From Candidatus Aenigmatarchaeota archaeon (lineage in GTDB: Archaea > Aenigmatarchaeota > Aenigmatarchaeia > QMZP01): a DNA stretch of 40,312 nt. The stretch covers positions 1-40,312 of the forward strand of contig JAUWZW010000002.1 of the NCBI GenBank assembly GCA_030615165.1, written 5' to 3'. The translations under genes and the position numbers were made by a program. A model generated the notes under the pieces. It was not told where the DNA came from, did not search any database, and saw only the letters and a list, made by a program, of their open reading frames with translations. The number at the start of each line of letters is the position of its first letter. The stretch's first letter is position 1. Positions 37,652-40,312 of the stretch are shown here, piece by piece.

Positions 37652-38737
37652 ATGGATTTCTCAAGTCATGTGAATCTGCTTCGAAAATACGGTCTTATAA
37701 CAAAGACCAAGGACGCTGTACCCGCTTTAAAAAATGTAATAAATTCGTGCCTGGCACCTGAAAAAGAAAAAATCCTCATAGTCACAGACATGGGTGAGGG
37801 TAACTATAAGGTAGCAAGTATGCTTGGTGCAGGCTATTGTATGGCTGCCAAGGGGCTGGGCCTTGATACCAGTTTTGTTTCCCAGAGGCCCAAAACAAGC
37901 ATGGACAGGGCAGATACCAGTGTAGAGGAAAAAATGGGCAACCTTGAAGAAAGAAATATAATTATACTTTGCGTTTCTAACAAGCTTGGAGAAATGAACA
38001 GCATAGGCAAGAGCTTCAGGAAATTTTCGAAGAAAAGGAACCACAAATTCATATCTGCAACAGGCTTGGGGACAGTATCCAATGAAATGTTTGCCTATCT
38101 CCTGAACCCTGTAAACATAGAATACAAAAAACTAAGGGAAGAGCAATTAACAGTCAAAAATATGCTTGACAATGCAAAGGAAATACGTGTCACCACAAAA
38201 GCAGGAACAGATGTATGGATGAAAGTAAAGAAAGGCAAAGCTGTGTCCAATGACGGGAATTATGTGATATCTGGAACAGGGGGAAATGTGCCTGCAGGCG
38301 AGGTTTATTTGCCTCCCTTAAAATCTGGAGGTGTGATAGTTGTTGACGGGTCGAGCAGAAACGAGTTCGGAACATGGCTTGTTAAGAATCCTTTCAAGAT
38401 GATAGTTGAAAAAGGTGCTGTGGTCTCCATAGAAGGCGGAAAGGAGGCAAAGCTCCTTGAAGCCGGTCTTTTGCTTGCAGAGGAGAGGGCAAAATACCCG
38501 GAAAGGGTAAGGCGGCTGGCCGAACTTGGAATAGGCTTCAATCCAGCAGCAAGAATAATCGGCTCAATGATAATAGATGAAAAAACAAAGGGAACGTGCC
38601 ATTTTGCAATCGGGAGCAACTACTGGTTTGGTGGCGACAATAGAACCATTATCCACTTTGACCAGGTCTTGAAGAACCCGAGGATAGAGGTTGATGGGGT
38701 TTTGTTGAAAACCAACCCTAAAGCTTATTTAATATAA
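37652..38737 (+). CDS. M29-family (thermophilic metalloprotease) aminopeptidase-like protein
   Basis: GTD, GNVPAGEV, VDGS, LAELGIGFNP, DEK..GTCHFAIGSN, HFD. Confidence 0.88.
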   Translation: MDFSSHVNLLRKYGLITKTKDAVPALKNVINSCLAPEKEKILIVTDMGEGNYKVASMLGAGYCMAAKGLGLDTSFVSQRPKTSMDRADTSVEEKMGNLEERNIIILCVSNKLGEMNSIGKSFRKFSKKRNHKFISATGLGTVSNEMFAYLLNPVNIEYKKLREEQLTVKNMLDNAKEIRVTTKAGTDVWMKVKKGKAVSNDGNYVISGTGGNVPAGEVYLPPLKSGGVIVVDGSSRNEFGTWLVKNPFKMIVEKGAVVSIEGGKEAKLLEAGLLLAEERAKYPERVRRLAELGIGFNPAARIIGSMIIDEKTKGTCHFAIGSNYWFGGDNRTIIHFDQVLKNPRIEVDGVLLKTNPKAYLI

Positions 38738-39728
38738 ATTCCGCCATTCCATCTGACTGTAAAACAGGGTCAAGAGCCTTTATCTTGGTTATGCCTTCTA
38801 CCTCTTTCCTTCCCAAATCTGTTATTGTACCCATGCCCGTTATCAGAACAGGTGTAATACCAAACCTTTCCTTCATGACGAGCTTGCCACCATACGCGCC
38901 CAGTGCATCATAACAACTTAGGATATACTTGGGTTTGTATTTCTTGACCACCTCACTTTCAAGAAGCATTGCAGTCTCTCTCTGCAGTATGCCGTCTGCT
39001 ATTTCCAGTATTACAAAATCAGGCTTTTCTGCTGCAAGGTTACTGAATATCCGCATGAAGGCTTCATCCAACTCTTTCATCGAAAGCCCGGCCGAAGAAG
39101 GATATCCTGCGTCCAATATACCGTAAACCTTTGAAGCACCCTTTTTAACATACTCACCAATATCATACACACTCCCTATACCAGTAAGCTTGCCTGCGCA
39201 TACTTTTTGACCTTTCTTCATAAGCCCACCACAAAGCTCCGCGGTTGTTGTTGTCTTGCCCGCTTCCATGTTCACGCCGACCACGATTATCAGATTCATT
39301 TTGTTTTTCACTTCCTTTATGGGAAGTGCGAAATCCATTATGTTCATCTTTTTCATGTTGCGCAGCACAAAACCCAAGAACTCAAGCTTTGTTTTAACAA
39401 AACCGGAACGTGTGGATTTTATTATCCCGGACTCGCCACCCTGCTGGAGCAGGTCTATAATATCACCCTTCTTCAGATGTTTAGGAACAGCCCCGTTCAG
39501 TAAGCGCGCGGCGTACCTGTCGCTTAAAGCAGAAAGAACAACATAACCCTTTTTCAAAAAAACCTTCTCGTTTTCAGGGGTTCTTACATATTTCAGGAAT
39601 GCATCTTCGGGCTGCTTCACTACCTTCACAAGAACAACATCCCCTTTTTTGCAGTCTGCCTCTTCCTTCAGCTCAATCTTTTCAGGGATTTCCACATTTT
39701 TTACAACAGCAGGAACTTTAAACTTCAT
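38718..39728 (-). CDS. DUF1611-like P-loop protein
   Basis: VGVNMEAGKTT, GKLTGIG...D, DAGYPSS, EIADGILQRET. Confidence 0.7.
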   Translation of the reverse strand: MKFKVPAVVKNVEIPEKIELKEEADCKKGDVVLVKVVKQPEDAFLKYVRTPENEKVFLKKGYVVLSALSDRYAARLLNGAVPKHLKKGDIIDLLQQGGESGIIKSTRSGFVKTKLEFLGFVLRNMKKMNIMDFALPIKEVKNKMNLIIVVGVNMEAGKTTTTAELCGGLMKKGQKVCAGKLTGIGSVYDIGEYVKKGASKVYGILDAGYPSSAGLSMKELDEAFMRIFSNLAAEKPDFVILEIADGILQRETAMLLESEVVKKYKPKYILSCYDALGAYGGKLVMKERFGITPVLITGMGTITDLGRKEVEGITKIKALDPVLQSDGMAEFILNKL

Positions 39729-39770
39729 AAAATATCCTTAATCTATTAGGTGTGCAACAATAAAAAGAAA

Positions 39771-39883
39771 TGGGCCCGGCGCGATTCGAACACGCGACCC
39801 TCGGCTTTCTTCACAGGCTTGCGCCTCAGCTCTTCTATTAAGCTATAGAAGACCGATGCTCTATCCAACTGAGCTACGGACCC
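39771..39883 (-). tRNA. tRNA-Arg(UCU) with canonical 37/38 intron (39807-39845)
   Basis: GGGTCCG/CGGGCCC-A acceptor, TCGGT-CT-TCT-A/A-GCCGA anticodon arm, TTCGAAT T loop, BHB with central helix CTTC/GAAG. Confidence 0.93.
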
Positions 39884-39903
39884 TTATACAATAATTATAA
39901 AAA

Positions 39904-40311
39904 CTAAACCTTATTTAAAAGTTTCTTTACCCTTTCCCTTCCAATCCCCAGAATGAATGGCGCAAGCCTCGGACCCTGTTCCTTGCCCAATAAAACAAGA
40001 TAAGTAGCCTTGAAGAATTCCTCTGGCTTCAGTCTGCTCTTTTTTGCAACAGAAAAGCATAAATTCTTTACATCACTCTCTGTCTTTACCTTGGCAAGCC
40101 CCTTTGCAAATTCCCTGAGTGCGGCTTTCTGCGCAGCGGTCAGTCTTGCCCTTGTTGCAGATGACACAGAATCCTGCAGCTTTATGGCGCTTTCAGGAGA
40201 GTATTTTTTAACCCATTCGGCTGCGTATGCTATCCTCTCTTTGGCTGATTTTTCTTTAACTCCCCTGCCTTTGGGTACCTGTGAGAGCGTAACGGCCTGG
40301 CTGAATGATAT
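39904..40311 (-). CDS. lysS: Class I lysyl-tRNA synthetase, C-terminal part (truncated by window)
   Basis: Frame open to the window end; RIAYAAEWVKKYSPE and FFKATYLVLLGKEQGPRLAPFI anticodon-binding domain. Confidence 0.9.
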   Translation of the reverse strand: MSFSQAVTLSQVPKGRGVKEKSAKERIAYAAEWVKKYSPESAIKLQDSVSSATRARLTAAQKAALREFAKGLAKVKTESDVKNLCFSVAKKSRLKPEEFFKATYLVLLGKEQGPRLAPFILGIGRERVKKLLNKV

Positions 40312-40312
40312 G

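Noticed and set aside
36500-39790. Integrated element at the tRNA-Arg 3' end
   Set aside because: No integrase, and I saw no duplicated tRNA 3' end (att site) in the window.

Overview
Archaeal genomic window, most likely DPANN and Aenigmarchaeota-like. This is inferred from the pus10-rpl21e-rpoF-DUF655 order, thermosome, class I LysRS, BHB-intron tRNAs and class III signal-peptide pilins. 1-15.8 kb is a surface-glycosylation locus. Its AT-rich core encodes an NDP-hexose 2,3-dehydratase, an EvaB/DnrJ-type aminotransferase, a C-methyltransferase fused to an RmlC-like epimerase and an SDR, matching the enzyme set for actinomycete TDP-(epi)vancosamine; several gene remnants lie among them. 15.8-22 kb holds two pilin-like genes, a structured repeat locus and a zinc-ribbon/coiled-coil cluster. 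22-27 kb holds housekeeping genes, a hairpin array upstream of rpl21e and a three-intron tRNA-Ile(UAU) whose T-loop intron carries a repeat also found at 16.6 kb. 27.8-33.8 kb is a type IV pilus locus plus a SEC59-type kinase. 33.9-40.3 kb holds a wHTH regulator, two ATP-grasp proteins, MscS, an M29 peptidase, a DUF1611-like protein, tRNA-Arg(UCU) and the 3' end of lysS. A fixed-spacing leader motif, CCGTCA-N8-AAGGCG-N6-ATG, links three structured regions upstream of unrelated genes. All calls come from reading the sequence by eye; no searches were run.
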